The position numbers were made by a program, and so were the translations under genes. A DNA stretch of 64,000 nt from Nitrospinaceae bacterium (GTDB lineage: Bacteria > Nitrospinota > Nitrospinia > Nitrospinales > Nitrospinaceae), in the NCBI GenBank assembly GCA_965237905.1, contig OZ250172.1, forward strand, positions 1,952,001 to 2,016,000. Direction: 5' to 3'. Of the stretch, positions 62,263 through 64,000 are shown piece by piece (position 1 is the first letter of the stretch; every line of letters starts with the position of its first letter). The notes beneath the pieces are model-generated. The model saw only the letters and a list, made by a program, of their open reading frames with translations, ran no database searches and had not been told where the DNA came from.

Positions 62263-63185
62263 TAGGCCCCTTTGCGTGAGGCAACCCCCAGACAGAAATA
62301 GTAGTAGATGCCGACGGCGAGGAGGCCGGTGCGTTCCTCTTCGATCAGAGGGTTGTATTCCGAAAGGTCGAACAGGTCCACTTTGGGATGGGCGCCGGCA
62401 GTGAAGGCCATTTCAAGCGCTTCTTTAGCGCGCAGGCCCATGATGCCGGGGCAGGACACGCCGGGTGCATCGGCGGCGCGGATCGAATCGAGATCGAAGC
62501 TGACGAACAGAGAATCGCATTCCCAGGCCAGGCGGCCCAGGGCGTTGCGGAATGCTTGTGCCGCCGAGTCGCCACGGGACACTTCCGAATACCAGATGAT
62601 AGTGGCTTCTTTTTCCTGGACGTAGCGGGTGTGCTCGCGGCTGACCTGGCTGCCCTGAGCGGCGAATTCGATGAAATGCTCTCCGGCGAAACGGGAGTCT
62701 TCCAAAAGGAGGCGGAAGGGAGACCCGCTATGGGCCTGACCGTCTTTCAGGGGACGCACGTCCAGGTGCGCGTCGATATTGATCACGCCGACCGGGGTCT
62801 CCGGTTTCGAGTCGAGTAGCGCCCGGGCGTTGGGGTAGGACTGATCGTTGCCGCCACCGACGACGAAGGGGATGCCGCCTTTTTGGATGATGGAGGCTGT
62901 CTGCTGGGTAAGAGCGGTATGCGATTGGTCCAGAGGCAGGCCGGCTGGGATGTCCCCGGCATCGGCGAGGGTGATGCCGGACAGATCGATATCCATTTCC
63001 GGGTTGTCGGCGGTGCCATAGCGCCGAATCCAGGAGCGGAACTTTTCGGGTCCGAGGCGGGCTCCGGGCCGCCCCCCGTTGATCTCCACGCCGGTGTCAT
63101 AGGGGAATCCCAGGAGGACCACACTCCCCTCCTGCCCGGGGTGAATGATATCTGCCAATTTGGGGTCGTCGGTCATAATATCCAT
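62262..63185 (-). CDS. hutG: Formimidoylglutamase (arginase family)
   Basis: G.P.D.GV..NGGRPGA, NIDAHLD, SG.PF and SFDLD; adjacent to hutU. Confidence 0.88.
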
Positions 63186-63375
63186 TTATAGAACGGTTTT
63201 GGGGGAAAGTAAACCTCTGTCAGAGCAATAGGGTTCGCTCTCTTTCCCGGCCGGCAACTGCGGGAATATCCCTGAATTTCGGTCCCGTGGTGTTTTTCTT
63301 GTCATCCACACTCTCTTTTTGATATATTTCTACTCATATTATCCCCCGGCCATCTCTATAAGGAGACTTTTATTT

Positions 63376-63702
63376 ATGCCCAGTTCCATCGAAGCGTTAA
63401 AGCAGGCTGTTGAGCTTGAACAACAGGCCCTAGATTTATATATCATCGCCATGGACAATGCGGTTCACGAGGAAACGAAACAAACGTTGAAAGAATACGC
63501 CGACGACAAGCAACAGAAAATCGACACGTTGTCCTGGATGGTCATGGCGGAGTCTGGAGACCTTGAGAAAGAAGAGTCCACTCCTCAAAACGGTGGCGAG
63601 AGACTGGCGGCCGGTAAGTGTCCTTTTTCCCGCAGCGACTTGGAGGGAATGGGTTTTGATATGTCCCAGTCCACGATGGACGACGACCATTCCAAATCCT
63701 GA
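63376..63702 (+). CDS. Half-ferritin/rubrerythrin-like protein with GKCPF tail
   Basis: ALKQAVELEQQALDLY helix pair; AAGGAG RBS. Confidence 0.55.
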   Translation: MPSSIEALKQAVELEQQALDLYIIAMDNAVHEETKQTLKEYADDKQQKIDTLSWMVMAESGDLEKEESTPQNGGERLAAGKCPFSRSDLEGMGFDMSQSTMDDDHSKS

Positions 63703-63735
63703 ATTATAGAACCTTTTATTTTTGAGAGACGAATT

Positions 63736-64000
63736 ATGGCGATTGAAAATCCTCATGATTTACTGATCGAGTGTTCGGATTGCGGGGTGGAGAATATGTT
63801 TTCCGAATACACCCCCGAACAGGCGACGGTTTGCAACCAGTGCCGAACGAGGTTGATACAGCCTGATTTCGACCAGACGTATAATGAACACCGGTGTGAT
63901 GATTGCGGTTTTGTAATGTGTCTGTTGAAGGACACCCTGTTCGAAAAAGGCAAGACCGCCTGCCGGTGCGGGAGCTTCAACATACAAGCAATTTCCAAGT
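63736..64000 (+). CDS. Zn-ribbon-type Cys-rich protein (runs off the window end)
   Basis: Own translation from ATG at 63736: MAIENPHDLLIECSDCG...CNQC...CDDC...CRCGS, open to the window end. Confidence 0.7.
   Translation, partial: MAIENPHDLLIECSDCGVENMFSEYTPEQATVCNQCRTRLIQPDFDQTYNEHRCDDCGFVMCLLKDTLFEKGKTACRCGSFNIQAISK

Overview
Bacterial chromosomal window. Gene content and protein style suggest Nitrospinota or a related lineage, but this is an inference and was not confirmed by a search. The left part (1-22 kb) is mostly housekeeping: a nitrilase, aroC, the pheA-tyrA-cmk-rpsA-sppA-ihfB operon, an AbrB/Doc toxin-antitoxin pair, monomeric icd, glnD, mdh, lepB, arsC and a lexA-dinB SOS operon. 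The middle (22.3-50 kb) is a more AT-rich surface-polysaccharide island with a WbqC/RffA sugar-tailoring operon, WaaL, Wzm/Wzt, CapD, two MBOAT/SGNH O-acylation pairs, a sulfotransferase-like gene, cysC, IS3 scars and several broken genes. The right part holds a kinase, a VWA lipoprotein, tRNA-Thr(TGT) with a decayed att-like copy, an MMPL transporter and hutG-hutU-hutI. The most notable signal is a small, AT-rich GxxExxY (PD-(D/E)XK) nuclease gene between lexA and dinB. It is bracketed by a perfect 24-bp inverted repeat built from 10-bp tandem units. Gene-less copies of the same repeat, and sister 8-9-bp repeat families, occur elsewhere in the window, usually just after a host stop codon and co-oriented with that gene. 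This looks like a REP/RAYT-like or MITE-like nuclease-plus-repeat system. All calls come from motif recognition by eye; no database search was run.
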